Positions 62,650 to 64,000 of a DNA stretch of 64,000 nt are shown here, piece after piece. A program made the translations under genes and the position numbers. How positions within the stretch are numbered: position 1 is the stretch's first letter; each line of letters begins with the position of its first letter. The DNA comes from Schizochytrium sp. TIO01. Its lineage: Eukaryota; Protista; Bigyra: Labyrinthulomycetes. Under the pieces are notes generated by a model. It was not told where the DNA came from and searched no databases. It saw nothing but the letters and a program-made list of their open reading frames with translations. The DNA lies in contig SMSO01000035.1 of NCBI GenBank assembly GCA_004764695.1, positions 2,926,040 to 2,990,039 on the forward strand. The letters run 5' to 3'.

Positions 62650-63524
62650 ATAATGTCATTTGATAGCACGCAAAAGTAAAATTGAGCTTCTATACGCACC
62701 ATCTGCTGCTCAAATGCACCTTTCAATTCTTGCGAAGACCTCATCTGTCAGCTTCTGGAGATCTAAACGAACTCTGCTCGAGGTATATTCCTTAACCTTC
62801 GATATTCCCAGCTTACCTCCTCTAATAACAATTGAAATTTTAGTTACATGCTGAGATCTCCAATCGAAGGAACTAGTGGACAAGGCACTGCTTTAGTTTT
62901 TGGCGTCATTTTGTAAAAAGTCCTCGTAGACAGAAGGCTTACAATAGTGCAGAAGTAGACAGTCAGATTTATGTGGCTGCCAAAGCCAATATACAAAAGT
63001 GCGACGACATATTACCTAGATCCAAGTATGGTGTCATTTGAATTGATGGTTGAAGAGATGCAATTAACCTGGCCTCGTCAAGCATCTCTGACCATGTTCA
63101 AGAATGCCTTAGCCTCCGTAAATACTATATGAGTCAGTCTGTCCTGAAATTCATCTTCCAAGACAACAGTTCGCTAACCCTTATAACCAACCTTCTTAAA
63201 GCATTCATCAAGACTCTTGCCTTCATCTTTGCAGTCAACCTCAAGCTGGCCAGAATCATCTTTCAGAAGAGATACAGCTATATTTTGCAGCGATGTTGTG
63301 TCGATTGGTCTCAGATTCTCTTCTAACAACATCCAGTTGAGTGCTTCCGTAGTCGTCAATATTACCAACATCCAAAACATTCCTGCCCTGGACCATCGTT
63401 CGGATGACGCGCCAAAGTCTAACTGTTGTGGCGATAGCGAAAACTCAGTATACACCGATGCGGACTTGGCCGAGTTCCAATCGATTGACGCATTATTCAA
63501 AAAGGAACGGTGAACTGTGTGCAC
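62650..63524 (-). pseudogene. Possible decayed protein-coding sequence of unknown family
   Basis: ORF 63174-63524 continues in frame past its stop (KKVGYKG*RTVVLEDEFQDRLTHIVFTEAKAFLNMVRDA*) with protein-like composition. I recognise no motif. Confidence 0.25.
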
Positions 63525-64000
63525 CTAGTTCGCATGACAGCCGTGGAGAGAGGACGACGACGACCATCGCTTTAGCTCTGTTACCATTGATACATCGTAT
63601 GTTTAACGGCCGGTGCAAACAACATAAGTACAGCAAGGAGCAGTTTCCTCAAATCATGATTGACATTGTGCCCCATTTTTATGCCCAGAGATAGCTTTAC
63701 TGTTACTGACAGCCTTGGAAAGATGCGAGTGCGTACTTGGGTGACAGACATCGGGTTTCAACCCATTGATCGTGAGGCAATTACCTTTTACTTCAAAGAG
63801 GGAACACAATCTGAGAAAAAGAATGATGGGTTCATCGAGAACTTTACCTTTGTATTTATGACAGGTCAAGCCCCCAGTTCTACGCGAACCTCAAATGGAA
63901 AGCACCTGATACACAATCCTTCTGCTATTATCATGTAACACTGCAGTCCATCACGACATTGCTCGCCACAAAGCGCACACCTGTGTTAAGATCTATCCAA

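Noticed and set aside
1-64000. A locally encoded diversification enzyme or mobile element (reverse transcriptase/DGR, transposase, recombinase, deaminase, R2-type rDNA insertion) and telomere repeats
   Set aside because: I see no such motifs or long ORFs, both 28S genes are uninterrupted, and there is no telomeric tract in the window.

Overview
Eukaryotic genomic DNA. By recall only, the 18S sequence looks thraustochytrid (Aurantiochytrium/Schizochytrium-like); I ran no search. The window holds two imperfect ~28-30 kb tandem units, each arranged as [minus-strand LRR gene] <-> 5S rRNA -> [LRR-exon array + kinase + RING/RBR-like gene] -> 5S -> tRNA-Arg/His -> inverted 18S-5.8S-28S operon, followed by a tRNA cluster. 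The main result is that the three apparent ~385-425 bp 'satellite' arrays (1-6.5 kb, 8.7-11.3 kb, 36.7-41.5 kb) are not non-coding. Each repeat is one GT-AG intron plus one 84-nt phase-2 exon encoding a single 28-aa ribonuclease-inhibitor-type leucine-rich repeat. The introns are strongly homogenised, while the exons differ mostly at the predicted solvent-exposed LxxLxLxxNx positions. The two LRR-kinase-RBR paralogs have ~96% identical terminal-exon proteins but carry 7 vs 12 LRR exons with no internal exon in common. A third LRR gene (31.2-34.5 kb) has the same exon design but unique introns. I infer a modular, recombination-diversified LRR receptor system, plausibly immune-like, embedded in the rDNA/5S repeat. 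Gene models come from manual splice-site reading and are not confirmed by transcripts.
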